Assembly (NCBI GenBank): GCA_022448725.1
Contig: JAKUTR010000012.1
Span: 4,066 to 68,065 of the forward strand
Reading direction: 5' to 3'
DNA length: 64,000 nt
DNA from: SAR202 cluster bacterium
GTDB taxonomy: Bacteria; Chloroflexota; Dehalococcoidia; Lucifugimonadales; VXLM01
Shown: piece by piece, positions 10,072 through 19,596 of the stretch
Position numbering within the stretch: position 1 is the stretch's first letter
Layout: each line of letters opens with the position of its first letter
Position numbers and translations under genes: made by a program
The notes under the pieces: model-generated
Databases searched by the model: none
What the model was told of the DNA's origin: nothing
The model's input: only the letters and a program-made list of their open reading frames with translations

Positions 10072-10656
10072 ATGCCGGTAACTGTATCTCTCCAACACGT
10101 CACTCGAGAGGACGTACATCGACTGCAAGATTGGCTTGAGAACGATGAGATTGTAGAGAGCTGGTTTGGTCGATATTCCTATGGTGATCCTGCTCACCTG
10201 GGTTATCACCCCGAGCGTGTGGCCGATATGGTAGACGCGCAATGGAACTCAGTTTTTGAGGATCCCGAACATCGCATCATGTCTGTGTACACTCGCGAAG
10301 GCGAACATATCGGAGAATTACACGTGGCTATCGAAGAGGCCCTGGCCGATGGTCAAATATCTATTCTTATTGGGCGCAAGGATAAGTGGCATGAGGGGTA
10401 CGGAACCGCAGCTGTAAAAGCTGGCCTACAACTATGCTTTGATGAGTGGGCACTCTATCGCGTATGGGCTGACATCCCTGAATACAATACCCATGCCCGT
10501 GCCATGTTTGAACACTTAGGATTCAAGCATGAAGGAACTCTAAGGCAAAGCCGGCCCCACGAAGGAGCTCGGTTCGACTCCGTAGTTGTAGGCATACTTG
10601 CTACAGAGTATGCGACTCAATCCTCACAGCATGCTCACCGTAATCACCACGTTTAG
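10072..10656 (+). CDS. GNAT N-acetyltransferase, RimJ/RimL-like
   Basis: WHEGYGTAA acetyl-CoA motif; NTHARAMFEHLGFKHEGTLR; AAGGAG SD. Confidence 0.85.
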   Translation: MPVTVSLQHVTREDVHRLQDWLENDEIVESWFGRYSYGDPAHLGYHPERVADMVDAQWNSVFEDPEHRIMSVYTREGEHIGELHVAIEEALADGQISILIGRKDKWHEGYGTAAVKAGLQLCFDEWALYRVWADIPEYNTHARAMFEHLGFKHEGTLRQSRPHEGARFDSVVVGILATEYATQSSQHAHRNHHV

Positions 10657-10783
10657 ATTCAACTTACCCCACCTACAGCAGTACATTTACTTACTACACA
10701 CTTGGGAATATTCTTTACTTTTAATATAGTAAGATTTTATCCACTTAAAGTGGCCATAAAGTTCTACATTGGGGGGAAATAAC

Positions 10784-11071
10784 GTGGCGCATTTTCAAAC
10801 AGTTGATCTGACAGAAGCAAAACTGCGGACATCAGGACCCCGTGCGCGAATTGTTCTGCAGTATCTGGAGTACCTGAACCAACTTACACCGGGAACAGCG
10901 GGCAAAATTATCGCCACCGAGGATGAGTCCACAGGCGCTATAAGAAGAAGACTACGTACCGCAGCACAGGTCTCGGGTAAAGATCTCGAAATAAAACGAG
11001 ATGAGGATACCGTATATTTCTGGATCAAACCCAAGCGCGGTCGGCCTAAGAAAATGCGCGCTAGTGTGTAG
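10784..11071 (+). CDS. Small basic hypothetical protein with C-terminal AT-hook-like motif
   Basis: GTG start after a G-rich SD; ends KPKRGRPKK. Confidence 0.7.
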   Translation: MAHFQTVDLTEAKLRTSGPRARIVLQYLEYLNQLTPGTAGKIIATEDESTGAIRRRLRTAAQVSGKDLEIKRDEDTVYFWIKPKRGRPKKMRASV

Positions 11072-11314
11072 ATACTTATTCCCAGTTAAGGGTAATGTAC
11101 GCCATGCATATCTGCCCCACCGTGGAGAACCTTTACGACTCTCGCTTGTAAAACGCTGATCCTCCAAACTGATTCAAACCAGACAAATCTTTAGAATAGG
11201 GATCCTTCCACACCATGTAGTCACTAACCCTTTGCTATGGAATTCGCAGTAGCCTTACCAACATCGTAAACTGCATAACCATTCATTGAATCCCGTACAA
11301 ACATTGGAGAACTA

Positions 11315-12391
11315 ATGCCAGAGAAAAAAAGAGTCGCAATTATTGGCTGCGGCCGTATGGGACAACATTACGCAGGCGCTTATGACATGTTCGAGGACAC
11401 CGAGATCGTAGCGATCGCTGAGTATAACGATGCAAGACGAAAAGTCGTCGGCGAGAGGTTCGGCGTGACAGCTTTGTATAAAGACGCCAACGAGTTATTC
11501 AAAGATATAGTCCCTGATCTAGCTGCTGTGATCCTACCTGGTAAATATATTAAGGAAGCAGTGATTGCCGCCGCCGAAGCTGGCGTTAAAGGAGTTTCCT
11601 CGGATAAACCAATCGCAGCCACTCTGCATGATGCTGATGAGATGGTAAATATCTGCGAAGCGCGAGGTGTTATCTTTCACGGTGGCAACCTTCAACGAGC
11701 TTCACACGAGATTCAAGAAACCGCCAACAGGTTAAGACAAGGTTGGTACGGCAAAATTCTTGGTGCTACTCTCCACGCCTGGGGATCAAGTGAAATATCC
11801 GGCGGTGGCTGTCAAGAGTTGGCAGTTCTAAGACTGCTCACGTCAGCTGAGGTGACTGAAGTCATCTCTTGGGCCGGGCCACAAGATGTTCTAGAGAGTG
11901 ATAGTGACGAGGGCCTTTTCGTCCACGCCCTATTCCGAATGAGCAATGGCTTAGAGTGCCCCGTTTCAGCTCACAGTATAGGGTTTGGAGGTCTGGACAT
12001 ATGGACTGAAAACACCCTCATCCGCTGTAAGGGCCCCAAAGTCGAAATGTTCCAAGGTTTTGACGGGGACGGTAAACGTACCCAAGTAGATCCTAGGTTC
12101 TCAGATTTCCCATGGCCTAGATTTAATTATCTCGGGAGTAGTATCCGTTCACTTATTTCGGCTGTTGACCATGGCTCCGAAATGGCGATCTCAGGACACG
12201 ACCTAAGGCAATCTCTAGAAATAGCCATCGCTGCGAAGTATTCCGCCTTGTGGGGTAGCGTCCCCGTCAAACTACCCCTGGCAGACCGGTCTCTCACTTT
12301 ATACCCGCACACTTATCGCTGGCTCGGCGGGGACCAATCTGGAAATCCTCAAACCGTTGAAGAAGCACGATCGCGATCACTACAAAACTGA
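11315..12391 (+). CDS. Gfo/Idh/MocA family oxidoreductase
   Basis: VAIIGCGRMG Rossmann motif; DKPIA variant of EKP. Confidence 0.9.
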   Translation: MPEKKRVAIIGCGRMGQHYAGAYDMFEDTEIVAIAEYNDARRKVVGERFGVTALYKDANELFKDIVPDLAAVILPGKYIKEAVIAAAEAGVKGVSSDKPIAATLHDADEMVNICEARGVIFHGGNLQRASHEIQETANRLRQGWYGKILGATLHAWGSSEISGGGCQELAVLRLLTSAEVTEVISWAGPQDVLESDSDEGLFVHALFRMSNGLECPVSAHSIGFGGLDIWTENTLIRCKGPKVEMFQGFDGDGKRTQVDPRFSDFPWPRFNYLGSSIRSLISAVDHGSEMAISGHDLRQSLEIAIAAKYSALWGSVPVKLPLADRSLTLYPHTYRWLGGDQSGNPQTVEEARSRSLQN

Positions 12392-12463
12392 AACCACAAG
12401 CAAACGCCTTCACCATTGACTAAGTTCCATTTACTGGAAAGTATTCTTTACAGGAGAAATAGT

Positions 12464-13225
12464 ATGAACACATTAGTAGTCGACATGCACAGCCACGCGG
12501 GACGTCAATCCCATTACTGGATGGATGATAACGCCACCGATTACATACGAATCATGGATGCAGCCGGAGTCGATAAAGCACCGATCAGTTGCCTCTTCGA
12601 ACAGACTGCACAAGAATGCAATGCCAGAGTCCTCAACCTAGTCAACACTCACCCGGATAGGTTCATGGGTGTAGCGTTCGTAACACCTCAGTATCTCAAT
12701 GAGGCGATGGAGCAACTTGAATACTGCTTCTCTCTACCGCAGTTTGTTATGCTTAAACTATACCCTGACTACCTCGGCAAACCGATCGACGATACCGCTT
12801 ACGACCCTATCTTTGAATGGTGTGATGATCGAAAAATCGTGGTCAAGAGCCATAGCAGTTACACCGGGCCAGAAGACAATCTGACAGCCCCCACACGATT
12901 TATTAAGCTCGCTGCGCGCTATCCACACATCCGCTGGGTACTAGGACACGCTGGGAACGCGATGGCAGGCCAGCATATGGCAGTAGAGGCTGCACAGTCG
13001 TCACGAAACATCTGGCTGGAGACGTGTACCTCACACGGCGACGCACATACAATTGAATTCCTGGTCGATGGAGCAGGTGCAGATCGTGTTCTTTATGGAT
13101 CGGACATGCCGTTAATGGATGCGCGGATTCAAATCGGGCGAATAACAACTGCGGATCTTGACGACAAAGCCAAAAAGAGAGTGCTAGGCCTAAACGCGGC
13201 TGAGCTTCTCGGACTCGATGTCTGA
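12464..13225 (+). CDS. Amidohydrolase family protein (Amidohydro_2)
   Basis: VDMHSH, VLGHAG, YGSDMP, NAAELL; AGGAG SD before ATG 12464. Confidence 0.88.
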   Translation: MNTLVVDMHSHAGRQSHYWMDDNATDYIRIMDAAGVDKAPISCLFEQTAQECNARVLNLVNTHPDRFMGVAFVTPQYLNEAMEQLEYCFSLPQFVMLKLYPDYLGKPIDDTAYDPIFEWCDDRKIVVKSHSSYTGPEDNLTAPTRFIKLAARYPHIRWVLGHAGNAMAGQHMAVEAAQSSRNIWLETCTSHGDAHTIEFLVDGAGADRVLYGSDMPLMDARIQIGRITTADLDDKAKKRVLGLNAAELLGLDV

Positions 13226-13581
13226 ACCCTGCCTGAGTGAACGCCCAAATCGACCGGCCCCGCTCTACACAGTGCGATTGAAAATCATACCGATGATAGT
13301 GATGTGAAAGATGAGACCAAGAATTCTTTTGCAGGGAATGAACGGAGGAGAACACGCTCACTCCCTACATACCAAAACTAGCCGACGGTACGGTCTGACG
13401 AGTGACCAAATGTTCCGCCGTCCTACAATTTGAAACGAACTGTAGGAATGAATAGTTAGTGCCCTTAAGTAAAACCCGGTTGGATACTCTGGATATCCTC
13501 TCACTATAGGTCACTGATAAGCTATATTAGATGTATGAGGTATCCATCAGATAACCGTAACTCCTTTGTAAATAGGCATTT

Positions 13582-13875
13582 ATGAAACTTCTAAACATCA
13601 GGGGTATCTTTACCATATTGACGGTAGCCGCTGCGGTCTATGCTGTAAGATCGGGCAGACCGGCAGGACGAATCCTCAACATCCCTTACGACTTTCGGTT
13701 TCCTACAACTGACCGTATTCAGGAACGTTTCTGGAACGAAAAGGATGATCGTATCTTTACTCCGCTTGTCTTCGGCGCAGGGTGGGGATTGAATCTTTAT
13801 CAACTGTTACGTAAATTTCAATCTGATAACAACGTCGAGGAAGAGGAGATCCCCGCAGCAGACTTTGAATTGTAG
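13582..13875 (+). CDS. Small membrane protein, DUF5808-like
   Basis: N-terminal TM segment; PYDFRFP and FWNEKDDRIFTPLVFGAGWGLNL. Confidence 0.7.
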   Translation: MKLLNIRGIFTILTVAAAVYAVRSGRPAGRILNIPYDFRFPTTDRIQERFWNEKDDRIFTPLVFGAGWGLNLYQLLRKFQSDNNVEEEEIPAADFEL

Positions 13876-13888
13876 ATGTAATACCCAA

Positions 13889-13962
13889 TGCCCGGTGGTG
13901 TAGTGGTAGCACAAAGGACTTTGAATCCTTTAACCCAGGTTCGAATCCTGGCCGGGCAGCCA
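13889..13962 (+). tRNA. tRNA-Gln (anticodon UUG)
   Basis: Acceptor TGCCCGG/CCGGGCA, D-loop TAGTGGTA, anticodon arm AAGGA-CTTTGAA-TCCTT, T-loop GTTCGAATC, encoded CCA, U1:A72 pair. Confidence 0.97.
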
Positions 13963-13971
13963 TCACCGTAG

Positions 13972-15063
13972 ATGCAACACTCACGGACGCTTCTGATCAA
14001 CCTTTCCGTCGCTGTTGGAGCGATACTGTTAACCCTTGCGTTAATTGAAGCAGGGCTCAGGATCATACAACAGCCTCCAAACAACGATGGAGTGCCATCA
14101 CACGTGCTTTGTAGTCCCTGTCCTCAGCTTTATGTTGCTAACCCCAAAGATCCTGAGATTAGTTCGCAAGGTCTTCGTGACAGGGAAATTGCAATACCAA
14201 AGCCTCAAGGGATTACAAGGATCCTGGTAATTGGTGACTCAGTAGCATGGGGAGTAAATGTGCATGCAAAAGACACTTTCCCTAAACAACTGGAGAAATT
14301 GTTAGGCAAAGGGACCGAAGTTATCAACGCATCAGTGAACGGATACACCACCTACAACCAGCTCCATTTCTATCGTGAGGAACTAAATCAGTTTGAGCCA
14401 GACCTTGTGATCGTTACATTTAATTTGAATGATGTGGCTGATCCATCGTTGCACTGGAACTACACGACTGAGTCCATCTCCGAGATTCCATCTGCAGCGA
14501 TTCCGAATCAAGGCTACCACGAGACCCATATCATCCCTATTCTCGAATCGCGAAAATCTGATTCATTACTTGAGCAAACCCGATTAGGCCAAGAGGTCAC
14601 GAAAACGATCAATGTTACTAACATCACTGACCAGTCTGGTAGCTACACAACCGTGGATGGTAACAGGTGGCCCACATACATCACTGGGGAAGATACTATA
14701 AGCATAGAGGTACTGACCAACCGCACGTCACCCGAGTGGCAATGGCTGGAAAACATTTTTGATGAGTTGGTCAAGGCTGTGAAGAGTTCAGGGAGCGACA
14801 TCCTCATTTTAATCGTACCTGTTTCATATCAACTCGATCCTAGTTATCCATTCATTCCTCAACAACAACTAACCGATTACTGTCAAGAACGCTCTATCAA
14901 CTGCTTGGATCTACTCCCAGCCTTCCGCAATAGTGCCAGCAATGACCTGTATTTTAATAATCTATTCGGATACACAGACATTTGGCACCTGACACCAGAT
15001 GGACATAAATTAGCCGCAGCCGAATTAGAGGATTTCCTAACTGTTTCCAGGCTCCCGCGTTGA
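13972..15063 (+). CDS. Membrane-anchored SGNH/GDSL hydrolase
   Basis: N-terminal TM; IGDSVAWG, NASVNG, NLND, DIWHLTPDGH. Confidence 0.88.
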   Translation: MQHSRTLLINLSVAVGAILLTLALIEAGLRIIQQPPNNDGVPSHVLCSPCPQLYVANPKDPEISSQGLRDREIAIPKPQGITRILVIGDSVAWGVNVHAKDTFPKQLEKLLGKGTEVINASVNGYTTYNQLHFYREELNQFEPDLVIVTFNLNDVADPSLHWNYTTESISEIPSAAIPNQGYHETHIIPILESRKSDSLLEQTRLGQEVTKTINVTNITDQSGSYTTVDGNRWPTYITGEDTISIEVLTNRTSPEWQWLENIFDELVKAVKSSGSDILILIVPVSYQLDPSYPFIPQQQLTDYCQERSINCLDLLPAFRNSASNDLYFNNLFGYTDIWHLTPDGHKLAAAELEDFLTVSRLPR

Positions 15064-15098
15064 CCGACAGGTCGATGGGTGCTACGTTCCTTTGACCC

Positions 15099-16256
15099 AT
15101 GCTTGACTACTACAATATCTCTGCTCTGTTAACTCCTGAAGAACGTCAGATCCAAGAGTCCGTCCGACGATTCTTAGATACTGACGCTGTACCAGAGGTC
15201 AGCTCTTGGTGGGAGCGGGGGGAATTCCCAATGCATTTGCTCCCAGGGCTATCTAAACTTGGCATTATCGGCGCAAATCTCCCTAAGAATTACGGTGGAG
15301 CGAGTGTAAGCAACATTGCATATGGCCTCATAATGTATGAGCTTGAGAGGGTTGATTCAGGACTCCGCAGTTTTGTCAGTGTCCAGAGTTCACTATGTAT
15401 GGAACCGATCATGACCTACGGTTCCGAAGAACAAAAGCGAAAATTCTTACCCCAAATTGCAGCCGGCCAAGTTATCGGATGTTTCGGCCTAACCGAACAC
15501 TCTGGCGGCTCCGATCCCAACGCAATGCAAACACGCGCACAAAAAGACGGCGATCAATATGTACTCAACGGTACGAAGATGTGGATAAGCCTAGGTTCAA
15601 TCGCCGACTTCGCAATCATCTGGGCGAAGGACCAGAATGATGCTGTCCGTGGCTTCATAGTCCCTACAGATACACAAGGCTTCGTAGCGACGACCGTACC
15701 GCGAACTATGAGCCTGAGGATTGCAGGCGCCAGCGAACTGATCCTAGAAGATGTGCGCATACCCGCGGATCACATGCTTCCCGCTGCATCAACCCTGTCT
15801 GCTCCCCTTTCGTGCCTTACCCATGCGCGTTATGGAATTGCATGGGGTGCGATGGGAGCTCTCGAATCTGTATATTCGGAAGCTTTAGCATTCGCTAAAT
15901 CACGAACAACCTTCGGACAGCCGATCGCCTCCCGCCAGTTGGTACAGGAAAAGCTTTCTACTATGCTATCGGATCATACAAGTGGGCTCCTACGGGCACT
16001 GCGTCTCGGCCAACTAAAGGACACTGATCAGATTACCTACAGCCAAGTTTCTCTTGCAAAGCGTGAAAATGTGCGAGGAGCATTACGAGGAGCAAGACTG
16101 GGTCGAGAACTTTTGGGAGGGAGCGGCATTACTCTGGACCACAGCGTAATCAGACACATGCTAAACCTCGAAACGGTGGACACATACGAGGGGACCCACG
16201 ATATTCATACTCTGATCATCGGTCGTGATATCACAGGGATTCAAGCGCTCTCATGA
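15099..16256 (+). CDS. Acyl-CoA dehydrogenase, glutaryl-CoA dehydrogenase-like
   Basis: ELERVDSGLRS, GCFGLTEHSGGSD, LNGTKMWI, TYEGTHDIH. Confidence 0.92.
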   Translation: MLDYYNISALLTPEERQIQESVRRFLDTDAVPEVSSWWERGEFPMHLLPGLSKLGIIGANLPKNYGGASVSNIAYGLIMYELERVDSGLRSFVSVQSSLCMEPIMTYGSEEQKRKFLPQIAAGQVIGCFGLTEHSGGSDPNAMQTRAQKDGDQYVLNGTKMWISLGSIADFAIIWAKDQNDAVRGFIVPTDTQGFVATTVPRTMSLRIAGASELILEDVRIPADHMLPAASTLSAPLSCLTHARYGIAWGAMGALESVYSEALAFAKSRTTFGQPIASRQLVQEKLSTMLSDHTSGLLRALRLGQLKDTDQITYSQVSLAKRENVRGALRGARLGRELLGGSGITLDHSVIRHMLNLETVDTYEGTHDIHTLIIGRDITGIQALS

Positions 16257-16281
16257 CTTTACGCGTGCTAAACTTCCGGTA

Positions 16282-18339
16282 ATGGTTCCTCCAGATAATA
16301 TCTTTGGCCTAATCCCCACCTGGGTTGGTGTCTACGTACTCGCCACCTTAATGTTCGGGCTCGCACTGTACATCCTGTATCGCCGAGTCTACACACTAGT
16401 GATGCTAGGACAACGAGAGAACCGCTTCGATCAACCACTCAGACGACTTATTGGGGCTATCCCGTTGACTTTGGGACAACGTAAAGTAATGCAAAGTGTA
16501 TCCATTCATGACCGAGCTGGGATCGGCCACTTTGTAATCTTCTGGGGATTTATATCGTTTGCCATAAGCTATGTGCTTTTTATATTTGCGGATTCAATTT
16601 CACCTAGCTTCTCCGCTGCTTTGCTAGGAGAAACCGGATTGAGAGTTTTTACCATCTATCTTGACCTCCTCTCCGGAGTGCTGCTGATCGTGTTGCTATG
16701 GGCAGGACTACGGCGGTGGGTCTTTACCCCTCATCGCCTGAGTTTTGACCTGACACAAAAAAACGAATCCGCGATTATCCTACTATTGATAGCTGCCTTG
16801 ATGAGTTTGTCACTACTAAGCGAGGCATTTCTAGAAGCATCCCTCTCTTGCCCATCAGAGATGGGGCAATGTAATAATCATGCGGTACCTATTGGATCAG
16901 CCATTGGCAAATTCCTAACTACCATAGGAATTAAGGGTTCTATCGCTGACGCCCTTTACCAGGTCTCATGGTGGACTCACCTGATAGTAATTCTTGGCTT
17001 TGCTATCTACATTCCGGTGTCCAAACATATGCACCTTGTCGGTGCTCCTCTCAGCTTTATTTTCCGAAAGTTAGAACCAATGGGTACGCTTCCAACCCCG
17101 ACAGATTTAGAGACTGCGGATGTCTTCGGTGCTGCAAATGTCCAGGACTTTACGTGGAAAGAGCTTCTTGATGGCTACGCTTGCGCGGTCTGTGGCCGCT
17201 GTACTGACGCTTGCCCAGCTAATATTTCTGAAAAATTTCTGTCCCCCATGCATATTGCGGAGAACCTAAAAGATAATCTACTTAGCGTGGGACCCGCCAT
17301 TGCACAAGGAAAAGATCTAGTAGACGACAAACCCCTCGTCGGTTCATACATTAGCGAAGAATCACTTTGGGATTGTTTGACGTGTGGCGCTTGTGAGTAC
17401 GAATGTCCTGTAGGTGTTGAGCATATCAATATGATTGTCGATATGCGCCGCAACCTTGTAATGGAGAAAGCGTCGATGCCAGAGACTGCAGCTAATGTAC
17501 TGCTGAGTATGGAACAACGTGGACATCCTTGGCGTGGTACAACCTACAATCGCACCGATTGGGCTGAAGGGCTGGACATACCAACACTAGCCGAAAATCC
17601 AAACGCAGAGATGCTCTTCTGGGTGGGCTGCACTGGTGCACTTGAAAAGCGAAGTCAGAGCGTACCCCGCGCGATGGCTTCAGTACTAAAACGAGCAGGT
17701 GTTGAATTCGCGATTTTAGGGGACGAGGAGGGGTGCTCAGGCGACCCTGCACGCCGCATGGGTAACGAGTATCTTTACCAAACAATGGCACAGCAGAATA
17801 TTGAGACCTTTAGACGCTACAACGTGAAGAAAATAGTGACAACATGCCCGCATTGCTTCAACACTATTAAAAACGAATATCCCCACCTTGGAGGCGAATA
17901 TGAGGTCCTCCACTACAGTGAGATCGTAAATGAGTTGATCAAGAGTGGCCGTATCAAACCTGCTGCTACCATTCAAGCCACTGTCGCCTATCACGATTCC
18001 TGTTACTTGGGCCGACACAACGATATCTACGATGCCCCGCGCCAGATTGCAGAGTCCATACCAGGCGTCAAATTAGTAGAAATGGAAAAGTGCCGAGGCC
18101 AAGGTTTTTGCTGCGGAGCAGGTGGCGGGCACATGTGGATCGAAGAGAGCCGGGGCCGTCGAGTCAACCATATGCGAACAGAGCAGTTTTTGGAAACAGG
18201 AGCTGACACGGTCGGCGTCTCATGCCCTTTCTGTCTTCAAATGTTCGAAGAAGGGATTGGCTCGGTTCAAACATCGGGTAATGCGAAAGCAAAAGACTTA
18301 CTCGAGCTTCTAGATGAAAGCCTAACCAATGGAAATTGA
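16282..18339 (+). CDS. FadF-like membrane Fe-S oxidoreductase (TM cytochrome b-like + two 4Fe-4S + two CCG domains)
   Basis: Several TM helices; CAVCGRCTDACP and CLTCGACEYECP; YHDSCYLGR, CCGAGGG. The ATG at 16282 avoids overlap with the upstream gene. Confidence 0.9.
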   Translation: MVPPDNIFGLIPTWVGVYVLATLMFGLALYILYRRVYTLVMLGQRENRFDQPLRRLIGAIPLTLGQRKVMQSVSIHDRAGIGHFVIFWGFISFAISYVLFIFADSISPSFSAALLGETGLRVFTIYLDLLSGVLLIVLLWAGLRRWVFTPHRLSFDLTQKNESAIILLLIAALMSLSLLSEAFLEASLSCPSEMGQCNNHAVPIGSAIGKFLTTIGIKGSIADALYQVSWWTHLIVILGFAIYIPVSKHMHLVGAPLSFIFRKLEPMGTLPTPTDLETADVFGAANVQDFTWKELLDGYACAVCGRCTDACPANISEKFLSPMHIAENLKDNLLSVGPAIAQGKDLVDDKPLVGSYISEESLWDCLTCGACEYECPVGVEHINMIVDMRRNLVMEKASMPETAANVLLSMEQRGHPWRGTTYNRTDWAEGLDIPTLAENPNAEMLFWVGCTGALEKRSQSVPRAMASVLKRAGVEFAILGDEEGCSGDPARRMGNEYLYQTMAQQNIETFRRYNVKKIVTTCPHCFNTIKNEYPHLGGEYEVLHYSEIVNELIKSGRIKPAATIQATVAYHDSCYLGRHNDIYDAPRQIAESIPGVKLVEMEKCRGQGFCCGAGGGHMWIEESRGRRVNHMRTEQFLETGADTVGVSCPFCLQMFEEGIGSVQTSGNAKAKDLLELLDESLTNGN

Positions 18340-18369
18340 TCCTCATAGTTACGTTTTATACGGCACCCA

Positions 18370-19350
18370 TCAAGTTGGAAATTTACGGATTGCTTCACCA
18401 ACTTGTTCAATAGCATCGAAATGATTATCACGGCAAGACTCTAGGGTTGGTTGCCACGGAGCCATCATGAACCCCAAAAGATAATCTGGGTTCAAATGTT
18501 CAACACAATAATCAACTAGAGTGTTGAAATTGTTTGGTGACGTTATGTTGCTACCGCAAGGAATTTGATCGAATCCTAACGCAGACATTTCATGGAATCC
18601 TTTTGTTTTATATTCGTTCCTCAAAAACCTATTTTTATCTCCGTAGACCCAGGCAGTAAGAAGCATTGATTTCGGGAATTTCCTGTATATTGCTTCAGCG
18701 CCACCAGGGTTACGTTCATCAAAAAACACCCATGGCCGGGATCCGGCTTTCTCAACCTGACCGATAAAGAAATACAGATCGTGCCAATACATATTTGGCT
18801 CCCGTGTAAATTGGTGCTTGTAATATTTTTCCCCAGCTTCTATTTCTGCAGAATATTCTTCATCCATTCCCAAGTGAAAAAACCTGGGTTTTTCGAAAAT
18901 ATCACTTACCTCTGCTATCAGATCACTGCAAACCGCGTAATATGTTTCCGAAGAAACCATTTTTTGGTATTTACCGAGCCATGCGTCATGCCAAGTTGAA
19001 AAGTTCATCTTGGGAATCGGTTCCAATCCTAATTCTCTCAACTTATTCAATTCACCTTTAAGTTGTTCAACTGACCACGCATTTTCGACTGCGATTTCTG
19101 GATGGCTTTTATAGCGAACGCCATCACCTAAATCTAATACCAACATATTCATTCCGACTTCTGCCATCTTTTTGATGATAGCGTTCCAAAGAGTCTCGTC
19201 AAATCTAAGAAAAGGCTTAAAATGGCTATGCACAGGGATTTCCGGATACTGTCCTTCAGGGGGATCCCAATCAAGCCACATATTACAGCTCAGATGAATT
19301 AGAGAAGCCCATATTTTGTCGTCTTTGTTATTGTTTGCTTGAGATATAAT
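18370..19350 (-). CDS. GH20-like TIM-barrel glycoside hydrolase-like protein, AT-rich
   Basis: FFHLGMDEE motif and GDGVRYKSHPE. The ORF track starts at ATG 19281, but the frame extends to ATT 19350 behind an AGGAG SD; start uncertain. Confidence 0.7.
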   Translation of the reverse strand: MISQANNNKDDKIWASLIHLSCNMWLDWDPPEGQYPEIPVHSHFKPFLRFDETLWNAIIKKMAEVGMNMLVLDLGDGVRYKSHPEIAVENAWSVEQLKGELNKLRELGLEPIPKMNFSTWHDAWLGKYQKMVSSETYYAVCSDLIAEVSDIFEKPRFFHLGMDEEYSAEIEAGEKYYKHQFTREPNMYWHDLYFFIGQVEKAGSRPWVFFDERNPGGAEAIYRKFPKSMLLTAWVYGDKNRFLRNEYKTKGFHEMSALGFDQIPCGSNITSPNNFNTLVDYCVEHLNPDYLLGFMMAPWQPTLESCRDNHFDAIEQVGEAIRKFPT

Positions 19351-19596
19351 GCTCGTTTCTCCTATATCAGCGGTAGGCGTAACATTCAGAAACAGGGTCT
19401 TCCAATTTCTTAACCTAGAACTTGCCCTCTCCTTAGGACTGGTAAATTCACCAAGGTCTCTGCAGCTATCTCTAAACTAACCGACCAACACCTCTATATA
19501 CGTATCTAGGGAAACATCGACTCACTGGTAAGGCTTCATTTTCCGTAGCGGGCTCACCATATAAATACACAGTGATTTTTGAATATTCAGGAAATA

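Noticed and set aside
13390..13447. CTGACGAG...GAAAC (hammerhead-like) and ATTTGAAAC (CRISPR-repeat-like end) near the TCCTACA/TGTAGGA hairpin
   Set aside because: I could not build the hammerhead stems; the motif is not repeated at regular spacing and there are no cas genes.
13861..13926. 10-bp GACTTTGAAT present both at the end of the DUF5808-like gene and in the tRNA anticodon arm (possible att remnant)
   Set aside because: Short, in-frame coding sequence; no integrase and no tRNA 3'-end duplication seen; plausibly chance.
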